From NCBI RefSeq assembly GCF_009914755.1, contig NC_060925.1: a DNA stretch of 64,000 nucleotides. One strand, written 5' to 3'. The notes beneath the pieces were generated by a model. It worked only from the letters and a program-made list of their open reading frames with translations, was not told where the DNA came from and did no database searches. The translations under genes were made by a program, and so were the position numbers. Source of the stretch: the human T2T-CHM13v2.0 reference genome, Homo sapiens. Shown here one piece after another: positions 1 through 13,749 of this stretch; the stretch's first letter is position 1, and each line of letters starts with the position of its first letter.

Positions 1-526
1 GCCCTGTTGTAAATAATAAAAAAGAGGCCAGAACATTGAAAATCTTCATGGAGCTTTTATTCTAGTCCACGTGTAATTATATATCTATAGTTTTAAAGAT
101 ACACATCTATTTAAGAGACAGAGCATTAAACTTTGTAATTGATCATGTGTGTATTTTTTGTCTTATAAAAACCACACTAAAATGAAAATGATTTAAAAAA
201 AATGACATTCACCAACAGGGATAAAAACTAACAGGGAGCATGGCAAAGGAGTTTAAAACAAATCAACAATATATTCCAAGAGAGTGGAGGAGTAGTATGT
301 GAAGGAAGCAAAATCATACATGTTTTTATTGTCAGAGATCGGACATGAGGATCTAACAAGTGGGGAAGCTGTTCCTGCATAGTTCTCAAGGTACTCTGTG
401 CTTAGAGATACCAGGCACTGCAGAAAGCACGAAGGAGGGGAGGCAGGTGACTGCTAGAGAGTCTGAAAAGGAAACCTTGAATCCCCAGCACCCTCCTTTC
501 TTCATGCAGCCAAGTGACTACCTCAC

Positions 527-1860
527 TTGGGACCTAATTAAATTAAACAGCTTCTACACATCAAGAGAAGCTATCAAGGAAGTAAACAGGCAGCTTACAG
601 AGTGGGAGAAAATATTCACAAACTATGCATCTGACAAAGGTCTAATATCCAGAATCTATAAGGAACTTAATTCAATAAGCAAAACCAAATAGCCCCATTA
701 AAAAGTGGACAGGCCATGCGTGGTGGCTCATGCCTGTAATCCCAACACCTTGGGAAGCTGAGGAGGATAGATCACGAGGTCAGGAGTTCGAGACCACCCT
801 GGCCAAGATGGTGAAACCCCGTCTCTACTAAAAATACAAAAATTAGCCAGGCATGGTGGCGGGCACCTGTAATTCCAGCTACTTGGGAGGCTGAGGCAAG
901 AGAATTGCTTGAACCCAGGAGGCAGAGGTTGCAGTGAACTGAGATCACGCACTGCATTCTAGCCTGGGCAACAGAACAAGACTCCATCTCAAAAAAAAAA
1001 AAAAGTGGATAAAGGACACAAGCAGACACTTCTTAAAAGAAGACATAAAAGCAGCTAAGAAACACGAGAAAAGATGCTCATCATCACAATTCATCAGTGA
1101 AATGCAAATTAAAACCACAATGAAATACCATCTCACACAAGTCAGTATATGGCTTTTGTTAAAAAGTCAAAAAATAACAATGTTGGTGAGGCTGCAGAGA
1201 AAAGGGGACACATGTGCACTATTGGTTTGAATGTAAATTAATCCAGCCAATGTGGAGAGCAGTTTGGAGATTTCTTAAAGACCCATGGGTTGAACTGCCA
1301 TTCGACCCAGCAATCCCATTACTGGGTATATACCAAAGGGAGATAAATCATTCTACCAAAAGGACACATGTACCTGTATGTTCATTACAGCACTATTAGC
1401 ACTATTCAAAACAATAGCAAAAACATGGAATCAACTCAAATGCTCATCGACAATGGATTGGATAAAGAAAATGTGGTATTTATACATAATAGGATACTAC
1501 ATAGCCATAAAAAAGAACAAAATCATGTCCTTTGCAGCAACATGGAAGCAGCTGGAGGCCATTAAGTGAATTAATGCAGTAACAGCAAACCAAATATGGC
1601 ATGTTTTAACTCATGAGTGGGAGCTAAACATTGGGTACTCATGGATATGAAGATGGGAACAATAGACACTGAAGGACTACTTACTGGAGGAGGGGCACAG
1701 AGGGACAGGCACAGGAGCTGAAAACTACCTATTGGGTACATGCTCAATACCAGGGTGATGGATTCATGCATACACTTAACCTCAGCATCATGCAATATAC
1801 CTTTTAACAATACTGAACGTGTACCCTCTGATTCTCAAATAAAAGTGGAACAAGAAAAAA
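527..1860 (+). mobile_element. LINE-1 3' fragment (L1PB-type), interrupted by an Alu
   Basis: ORF2 C-terminal peptides ([34 protein letters not shown]; MDWIKKMWY), L1 3'UTR, AATAAA and A-rich end at ~1838-1860. Confidence 0.92.
712..1003 (+). mobile_element. AluS (Sg-like), full length, inside L1
   Basis: Dimeric Alu body with poly(A); TSD-like aaaagtgga(c/t)a on both sides. Confidence 0.95.
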
Positions 1861-2117
1861 AGTCACTTTTATATTCTTTCTCAACTGTCATTTACCAATT
1901 AAACTAGAAGTTAAGAATCAATTTTTATCCCAGGCATTTACCTTATTAATTAGAATAGAGAGATGCCTGCAAAAAATTATTTTTTAAAGTTGAGGATGCT
2001 TCACCTCTTTAGACCTATTGTGAAGGTTTATGGAATACAGTAAAACTTCAAAAACAGCTCTCCCTGATTTTAAAGTGCAGAGGGCAAGATAATATCAGAT
2101 TAACAATTACTTTGGGA

Positions 2118-2370
2118 ACCAGCCTGGGCAATAAAGCAGGACCCCATCTCTACCAGAAAACAAAAATTAGCCAGGCATGGTGGTGAGCATCTGTAATCCT
2201 AGCTACTTGGGAGGCTCAGGGAGGATGGCTTGAGACCAGGAGTTTGAGGTTACAGTGAGCTATGATCACAGCATTGTACTCCCGCCTAGGTGACAGAGCA
2301 AGACCCTGTCTTAAAAACAAACAAACAAAAAAAACCCCATAAAACAAAACAAGAATAACAACAACAAAAA
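2118..2370 (+). mobile_element. AluJ, 5'-truncated, with A-rich tail
   Basis: accagcctgggca...gcaagaccctgtct followed by (A/C)-rich tail; J-type residues (gagctatgatc). Confidence 0.88.
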
Positions 2371-4001
2371 CTGGTTATTTAAATAAATGTGGTTATATAT
2401 TTTTGTTTAAAGGATTTTTCTATTGTATGTATTTAATTATTTCTCTGAACAGTCTATTAATAAAATGCACATGATGAATTTCTTCTTCTGTTAGTTTTTT
2501 CTTTCCCCTATCCCCTGAGGCAAGTAGTGCGTTATTAGTTAAAAATATTTTGATTAAAGAAGCAGTTTTCATGGAAAATTCCATAAAGGTTGTCACTGAA
2601 AAAAACAGCTGGCATTTCCAAAAAGTACAAATAATCTCCTGCTAAGTAGTTCATGTCCCAATTATGACAGAATGGGCCTAGTTTTCAAAGTTTAAATGCT
2701 TAACCCTTGGTTTTTCCAATTTTGTTTTAAATTAGAAAACATTTTGTAACTTATTACTGTGAAAGAGAAGCTCTTAGTTTTAGCCTTTTGGACATTTTAA
2801 TTGGCACTCATCTTATTCACAGCTATCATAACCTCACACTATCATAACCTTATCTAATGAGAGATTTTCTAGTTGAGTCATTACCTTGTCTGATCATATA
2901 ACATAATTTAACAGCTTATTTGAGAGCCTCCTTCACTAAGACTCTATGACAAAAAGCTATCATGTCAATGAAAACAAACTCTTCTGCATATGATGGCTCA
3001 AAGACAGTCATGGGATGGTATGTCCTATTTGTTTTAGCTTCATTTAAAATAAAAGCCACAATCTAGCAGATGGTTAATAATAGGATCCTCAATTGTTCTG
3101 CAGAGATACATGAAATAGAAGATGCTGCTTTGATCTATCAAAACTTTTGTTTCTGATCACAGCTTCAAATATCACCTTAGGCTTTTTTCAAATTGTATAG
3201 AATTTCTGTTTGTAAAAGGCTTTCATTTAGTGCATTGCTACTATTTTATTAATTCCAAAGTTTCATTGGTAATATTGAATAAGCTAAGATGTGATTTTAT
3301 TCTTTGACTTATTTTTCCCATATTTCTTTCTAGAACCTAATTTTATACATAATACATATTTTTCTTTTATAATGCATTTTAAAGAGTGATATTTTTGCAT
3401 AGGTACCCATACATCATTCATCAAATTTTTTTTTCTTGTAATCCATTTCCCCCTTAGACTTTGTATACATGATTAAAATTGAAATACACTGACCCACTTT
3501 TAGAATTCTTCAAGAATGCTATAAAATAATTGACACCATCTGTCTTCCAACTAAATGTGCTTTTTCAGAAGTCTATATGTTTAGCTAAATTTAGGTGGAA
3601 GTATCTGAGGCAGATCTGAAACTCACCCTAGCTGAGGGCAGATCCGGGAAACTGACCTTTGGTTGTCATGTAGCATGAATATCCTGAAGCTATTATGGGT
3701 TTTTGGTGAGAAAGAGGAATAGGATGAGTTATGTAGCCAAAGCTCAGGGATATTCAGGAGAAAAGAGGGAATAAAACTCCGTGAGGCTGGTGGGGGTAGT
3801 ATTTCCACAAACTTCAGAAACACCTGATTTTCACTCTGATCAGATGTATCACCACGGGACTTTGGCCCACTGATTTTAGATTCACGGCGATATTTAAACA
3901 ACTAGAGTACTCCCCTAAATTGCATGAGTTTAATAAAACCTCTGGGAATAAATTGACATGAATTTGTAATGCAAGTGGAGGAGAAGAAGGAATGCATCTG
4001 T

Positions 4002-4002
<1 letters not shown>

Positions 4003-4039
<37 letters not shown>
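4003..4039. repeat. (TATC)n microsatellite, ~9 units
   Basis: Directly visible tatctatc... run. Confidence 0.97.
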
Positions 4040-5253
4040 GGAGTATTTTTGTTACCTATGTTCGCTTTGCCTTCACTGTGATGTAAGAGGCACTCAGATG
4101 ACCAACATTTACCCTTTCTGATGTTTTCCTTATGTGTTTCCTTGCATATTTCCTTTCCTGCTCCTTTTAGTTCTTTAGTATCAGATAAGTGGTATTTGTC
4201 TTAGTAAACTACTTTTGATTCATTTCTGGTGGTAAAAATAAGTAAAAGGTAAATAAATCTTACAGTTAATATAAGAGAGTAAAAATAAACAAAACTCCTT
4301 TCATTTCATGGAATCACAATAAATTAACATATTTCTATTTTCCAAATGACCCAGAAATAGAGTTTTTTCATGTTCATCTATTTACTTATGGTTTTTGAAA
4401 TAGAATACATTAGTGATTCAATGTATTTTAAGTATGAGCCACTCTTCTCTGCTTTCCCCTCCACTTTATTCATCCCCCCTCTTCTATAACCATATTTTGA
4501 CCAATATTTCCTTAGATGAGCCATAAAAAAAACTTATGGTTGTCAGAGGCTCCCATGATGTGTATTTACTTTTCCACAAAAAGAATGGGCAGGAATTATT
4601 GTCAGTATTTGGTTGCTAAGTGGATGCACAAAAAAATAACAGGAAGAATTGCCCTTTTGAATACTCCACAAGTGATTAATCACTTGTTGTGATGAATCAG
4701 GGGATAGCTGCGCAGTTAACTGAAGATCGGATAGTTACCTACGTTCAGGGAATTCAAGTCAGTGAATGACTCAATGTTTTAATTCCTTTTGTCAAGAGCA
4801 TTTCTATTTTGAGATGGATGCCATGAGTTATCTAAAGTGCTGATAACTATTCATTTTATTAATACCAGTTTACACTTGCCCTAATTGTATAATTATAAAA
4901 GCCCTTAAAAATATACTAGCCAATGTCAATGTTCCTTTGAGGGAATGCTTTATTAGTATTCTAGTACTTTTGTAATAATTTTAATTTTTTATTTTTTACT
5001 GATTTCATATTTATGTTGTATGAATTTAGTTAATGGATCTTCTCTGGGTATGTTAACAAGTAAGGATATCTTATGTTAAAAGGTAAAGAACTGACATCAT
5101 AATATGGTAAATTTATCAAGGTTATGAGTGCTAATATAAGAGGTCAGCTGACCACTTACTACATTTGTAATAATCTCAACATGACCATGAGGGCTCATGT
5201 ATAAGTATTTATAATTTTAGATAAATTTAAAATGTAATCAAATTATAGTAATG

Positions 5254-6004
5254 CAGTTGACCCTTGAACGACACAATGCAGATCTACTAATATGTGGATT
5301 TTCTTCTACCTCTGCCACCCACGAGACAGGAAGATCAACTCCTCATCTCCCTCCTCCTTCTCAGCCTACTCAATATGAAGACCTTGCTGATGATTCACTT
5401 CCACTAAATAAATAGCAAATATATTTTCTCCTCCTTATGATTTTCTTTCTTTTTTCTTTTCTTCTTCTTTTTTTTTTTTTTTTTTTGAGATGGAGTTTTG
5501 CTCTTTTGCCCAGGCTGGAGTGTAGTGGCGCGATCTCGGCTCACTGCAAGCTCCGCCTCCCAGGTTCATGCCATTCTCCTGCCTGAGCCTCCGGAGTAGC
5601 TGGGATTACAGGCATCTGACACCATGCCCGGCTAATTTTTGTATTTTTAGTAGAGACGGGTTTTCACCATGTAGGCTAGGTTGGTCTCGAACTCCTGACC
5701 TCACGATCCGCCCGCCTCGGCCTCCCAAAGTGCTGGGATTACAGGCGTGAGCCACCGTGCCCTGCCCCCTTATAATTTTCTTAATACCTTTTTTTTTTGT
5801 AGTTTATTGTGAGAATACAGTATATAATACATATAACATACAACATGTGTGTTAATAAAATGCTATGTTATCGGTAAGACATCTGGTCAAGAGTGACCTA
5901 TTAGTAATTACTTTTTTTTTGGGGGGGGGTCAAAATTTATACAAGGATTTTTTATTGTGCAGGGTATTAGCAGTCCATTCCCTGTGTTGTTCAAGAGTCA
6001 ACTG
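5254..6004 (+). mobile_element. Tigger2a-like (TcMar-Tigger) non-autonomous DNA transposon, split by an Alu
   Basis: Terminal inverted repeats cagttgacccttgaac / gttcaagagtcaactg; internal sequence matches Tigger2a as recalled. Confidence 0.88.
5448..5766 (-). mobile_element. Alu (AluY/AluSg mixed diagnostics) inside Tigger2a
   Basis: Poly(T) plus full antisense Alu; TSD ccttat(g/a)attttctt. Confidence 0.95.
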
Positions 6005-6989
6005 TTACTGTATTTCTATGGCTCTTGTTCTTACTTGCTATCTGTAGGTTCTGAGAATGAAAGTGCAAAATTCTTCTATACAGTGCACCCCCTATTATTT
6101 AGGCATTTTCACTGGGTGTATGTAATGAGCTTCAAAACAAATTATAACAGCTACAATTTTGGTCCATTTGTTTTTCCTTTTGCATTCTTCAGTCCAACCT
6201 CAGGCCCTCTTTGGAGATATTGGACAATTAAAATCATTTGAGCACTCTTGTGGACATCTTGAATTTACTGATACTATCATTTTCACTCTACTACTCCTTT
6301 CTCTTTGCTCTTCTTTTCTTAGTTTCCATGATTTGTGATGGTTATTCCCTCTTATTACTACTAGTAATTATTCCTTTGCAAATATTCCCAAATGTTTTCC
6401 CATTCTCCTCTGCAATCAGCAGCCCTGCAGGAACCCAAACCTTCACCATCACTATGCTTGTGCTGTTGTTGCTGAATATTGTTGAAGAGAAACAAAACAT
6501 CCACTCATGTTGACGTCATTATAAATGCAGAATCATCCGCTTTGAAACAGGACTAAATTTTTTAAATAAATTTACTTTCCTACCAAATCATGTTCTTTTA
6601 TAACTCATCAAACTTTGTATTCTTTATGTTTCTGTGATTTCAGCTGATGAAATTTCCTTTATTTTATTGGTAAAATAGAACCTCTCATCTTTAAAAGCTT
6701 TTCCTTTGCGATCACTAAATCTGTATATCTGTAAGAACCTGAGTCCATCTTCTTCCATGGTCTTAAAGTGTCCCTATCTTATCAAAGGCCAAAATATCCT
6801 TATTTATTCTAACCAAATCTCCTTTTTTCCTTTCAAAGACCTCAATTATTGCAATTATTTCCACTTTCTCTTGAATCATCTTTTTCTCCTCTCAAATAAA
6901 TTGTCCTCAGAGTCCATATATGCTCCAGTATCCATCAATTTAAAACTCATGTTCTTAACAATAGATCCTGACTTCATATATTAATCACC

Positions 6990-7204
6990 TTTTTTTGATA
7001 CAGGCAGGGTCTTGCTCTATTGCCCAGGCTGGAGTTCAGTGACATGATCATAATTCACTACAGCCTCAAACTCATGGATTCAATCAATCCTGCTTCAGCC
7101 TCCGGAGTAGCTGGGACTACAGGCATGCATCAACATGGCTGGCTAATTTTTTGTTTTCTTTTTTTTTTTTTTTTTGGTTTTGTTTTCTGTAAAATAGGGT
7201 TGCC
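6990..7204 (-). mobile_element. AluJ fragment (right monomer plus linker)
   Basis: gggtcttgctctattgcccaggctggag...ggctaatttttt. Confidence 0.85.
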
Positions 7205-7364
7205 TGTTGCCTGTGCTGCTATTCCCCACATTTTGTGAAAAGAGTTGTTTGTTTTTGCCATCTCTGCTTCCTCACATTCCGTTACGATGTATCTCCATTC
7301 ATCTCTAACTCCTTGTCCAATCTTGCACTGGTCCAGGTAACAAGGACCTCTTATTGCCAAAGCC

Positions 7365-7500
7365 AACAAGTTACAACAAATTTATTGGGTGAAATGACAC
7401 AGAATTATGCTTTTACAGAGGTTCTAGAGGTCAGAAGTGCAAAATGAGTCTAACAGGAATTAAATCAAAGTGTCAGCATTTTTTTTTCTTCTGGAGGCTC
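7365..7500 (-). mobile_element. MLT1-type MaLR LTR fragment
   Basis: ttctagaggtcagaagtgcaaaatgagtct...aatcaaagtgtcagc...ttctggaggctc. Confidence 0.6.
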
Positions 7501-9685
<2,185 letters not shown>

Positions 9686-12600
9686 TTATGAAGATGGTCT
9701 AGATTTAGTCCCGGTCTGTGAATGGAAAAGTAGTGAAGCCAGTAATGAGAAATAAAAAAGGAAAGCCAAGAGGGTGTCATCTAACAGAAATCGGGGAAAG
9801 AAAGCATTTAAAGTGGGGAGTAGCTAATTTTAAATACAGTAAGAGAAGATGTTAAGACTTTCATATCAGTCTAACATTCTTTACCTAATACTAGACTTTA
9901 AACCAATTACATTACATTCAAGAATAAATCAATTATTTTGCCTACCCTGTATGCAGAATTGGAAACTTAATTATTCCTAAACTTCTGTTTTATAATCTTG
10001 TTACTTTCTCATTGATTTTTACATGCCATTTAAAAATCGTTTGCACTCTTTTTTAGTAATCTTTTTTTCTTGTAATTTTTCAAACACATTCCCAATATCT
10101 ATTTAGAGAGAACTTGTATTTTAACTTAGAGTTAACAGAATGTCTTCTTTCGCCCATTGTCAGCTCCTGGCAAGTCCTGAAATAATGTAAAAAGCAAGGT
10201 ATTTTGCAATATTTTAAGTTATTATTTATCATTTAGGTATGTAGAGCCTCCTGGGCTACCCAGCTCTTCAGAGTTGGCCTGGGGGACTCTATGCACAATG
10301 TCATTTGCCTAGGTCCAATTCAAGAACATGTAACATTCCCAGCATTACAAATATATATGGTTTCTTCTGTACACGTGCTTAATTATTATAGACTTCTTCT
10401 GTAAAGAAATGGCATGGACAGCAACATGTCTCTGGATGCTCCACATTAGTTTGAATGTTATTCCTTCTTTAGGACTTCAGGGTTTAGATATTTTGTAATT
10501 ATCACTGGTTCCTCCTGTCTTCCAACTGTTATTAATGTTGTACTCCACAAGTATACATCTTCATCTCATTTTAAAACTTATTTCTCTTATTTTCCTAACT
10601 AAAAAATACTTAAATGATTATTCTGTCTTAATTCTTCTGTTTAAAAGGTCTGTTGTTTGATTCATTTCCAGACTGACAGCAGAAGGTCCATGCATAGCAT
10701 ATTTTCTGAGCCTTTGCTTATCAGTGAATGTAGTTCCAATGCTTTCACAGCAAATAATAGCTTTACTAAGTATACATATATTTTGCTATATTATTTTCTC
10801 TCTGTTAAGCATTATTCTTTTTTTTAAATGGAGATAGGGTTAGGTTCTAAAAGCCTGATATTCCTTCTTTTGTAAGTAACCCATTTTTCGCCTCTGCCTG
10901 GATGCCTGTAGAAATTTATTCTTTAAACATGTAACCTAAATTATTGTTTACATTAAGTTTTCTTTCAGCTCAATGATTTTTTTCTTTATATATTTGTGAT
11001 TTTCTGGTTTTCACTTTTCTGCTTCTTATAAATTGCCTATTTTCTGACTCATTTTAATTTTATTGTCTATTTTACTCTATATAACTGACTCAATTTTCTA
11101 TGGTGAGAGTTTAATTATTTAAAAATTCACAGAAGCAGATTAAGATCTATTTTAAGATTATTTTAAGATTTTAGGTTCTTTGCAATCTCTGCTTCTTTAA
11201 GTTAGCTTCCTTTTTATCTCAGTTGATATGCCAGTTTACTTTCCATTTAATATTTTATTTTCCCTCTTATAGTCCAGTCTTTTATTGTATATTCTCCTGA
11301 TAACATATGCAAATGATCCAAAGTCCTTTCTTAATATTTAGTATTAAACATTTTAAAACATTATTACTTTTCTTTATATGTAGGATCACAGGAATTTTTT
11401 TATGCCCCCCACCACTTTGATTTCTTCTTCCAGTCTGAGAGAAGGGGAAAGAAAGGAAATGAAAGTTAGGTAATTTTCTTTTAAGATAGTTACTCAGAAG
11501 TTATAGGCATCATTTCCACTCATATATCATTGTTGAGAGCTTAATTACCATCTCTGCCATTAGCTGAAAGAGAGACTGTCCAATTCAGACAGGCAACTGT
11601 ATGCTCCATTAACACTGTTAAACTGTGAAAGAAAGAGAAATGGACTTGGATGGCCCCAAACCCTAATGGTTCTGCTCACAATTCTTGCTTTTTTTTTTCT
11701 AAGAAAGTCTTCCCAGATAATATATATCAGCAGTTATTCTCTTTTTCTTAGAAGCACTGCAGTAAATGTTTCCCTAAGCTCTACCTATCACTTTCTCAAC
11801 TTATTGTTGACTTCACATTTCAGAATATGATGCCTTACTTTCTATCCCCTTACACCATGCCCCATCTCAATTGTAGTCCCTGAATGTGCATTAAAAGGAA
11901 AGGCTGCTAGAATGAAATTGCCTTGGGCCCATCAAAGAATAACTGAAAAATCTGCAGCGAGAACAATGAAAGGTGGGAAAAGGGAGAAAGGGGACATCTG
12001 CTTTTGTATGTTGAATGACAGCAAAATGACACTACACAATATGGCTAGAGATATTACAGATCAGAAGGAAGAAAAAAATAGCCTTTTTTTGTACTAGGGA
12101 TAAAAACAAATTTTGCAATCACTGGGGAAAATAACCAGATTGAAACTTCATAACTTAATATCTTGAGGTTCTTTTTTCACACCATTTCTCCACGTAGGGA
12201 AATGTCACCTGATCAGTCACTCAGCAATTACTGTTCCCAGCCTTAGAAGGTATTTGCCACAATATTCTTTCAGAGTTACACATTTTGTTTATGCAACTGT
12301 TGTAGCTACGGTTAGTGTCTTTTCCCAGGAGGTGGTTTTCAGAGATGAGATTGTGCTTACTTTGTCAGTCTACATGGCAGAGAGCTACGTATTTTAGGGG
12401 AAGAAAAATCACAGAAATTTCTGTGTTTTCTGCTTAGAGAAATAGTCTGAGTTTTACAACGCTATTTATATTACTATGCTAGGTGGTGTGGGAGATAGAT
12501 ATAAAGTGCAATAATAACATAAGGGACTAATTTTGTTTTTCTCCACAAACATGTCAGTAAATATATGGTGACATTAAAGAGCTTCTGTCTACAAAGTAGT

Positions 12601-12879
12601 TGCCTATGGAGAATTTAGTACAGAAAATTACAATACAGTAATACTGTTATTTTAAAAATAACATTTAGAACTCCTCTTTGGGATTGTTTTTTGCATAAGA
12701 AGCATATAACTATTCTCTGATGGTAACTTATCTTTTGGGGGAAGTAGCAATGGATTTAATTTTGGAAAGTTGCCAAAAGCCATTCTTTCCACATTTATTA
12801 AATATGATATGCAAGCTAATATTAATAGTTACATGTGAGTTGACAACAATATGGAGGAAATTACTTAAGTAAATGCAGA

Positions 12880-13270
12880 AAGGAAAACCTCATTAATTGA
12901 TGCTCCAGGCTAGGAAAACAAAACATGTTAAATATGTCAATTATTCCTAATACATTAATTAATGTAAAAATACATTCAAAGCAATGCTATTTTTTAAATT
13001 TGAAAATTATTTAACAAAATTTATCTGGTAAATAAACTGCCAAGGAATACTTTGAAAAAAAAGAACAATGATTAGAATCTAATTTTAATTAATAGAAAAT
13101 TTTATATAAACATATTAATCAAAATATTTTGATAGAGTTGTAAGTATAAACAAATTTGATTAAACAGAATGAAGAGTTTGGAAATAGACTCAAGTATGTA
13201 TGAAAAAATGTTATATGATAATTAGAATTATAGAAAAAGATTTTAGATTTCTATTTCATACTACTTAAAA
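12880..13270 (+). mobile_element. Ancient L1M(E) ORF2 fragment
   Basis: Degenerate similarity to L1 ORF2 (aatatgtcaattattcctaa..., aacagaatgaagagtttggaaatagac). Confidence 0.55.
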
Positions 13271-13749
13271 GTAAATCTCGAAGGGTTCCACTTTTAAGCT
13301 TTTAATTATTATCTAGTAAAATTTTTCTTTGAAAACCTTTGCATGTTTATGTAAGAATTAAAATGCTTTTATTATTCCAAGATTATATTCTTCCATATTT
13401 TTCTAGTACTTTTATAGTTTTCAAATTATTTCTCCTGTGTGAATACTGTAATACAATTAAAAATGAAATCATAGAATTGAAAGAAAACTGATAACATGTG
13501 CGAATAGAAGCAACATACATATTACAGAAAATTAATTTTCATGACACTAAGAGATATCCTATAAAAGGAAAAGAAAAATAAATTATAGAAAAAAATCAGT
13601 CTAGATTATATCTTTATTTTTTATTCAAGTTAAATATTTTCCTATTAACTGTATATTCAAGTTCTAGATTATACTTTTTAAAAATAAATAACTTAGAAAA
13701 AAACAGGATTAAGTTTCTATTGCCATAATAGAAAATTTCATCTCCATAT

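Noticed and set aside
728-1136. Alu-derived ORFs here and at 5568, 9066, 30768, 31569, 46276, 53381, 58873 and 61678
   Set aside because: Standard Alu translations
10164-10240. Plus-strand acceptor/donor pair and other AG|GT motifs (10236, 28849, 36812, 37971, 41338)
   Set aside because: Expected by chance in AT-rich DNA; no open frame or supporting context
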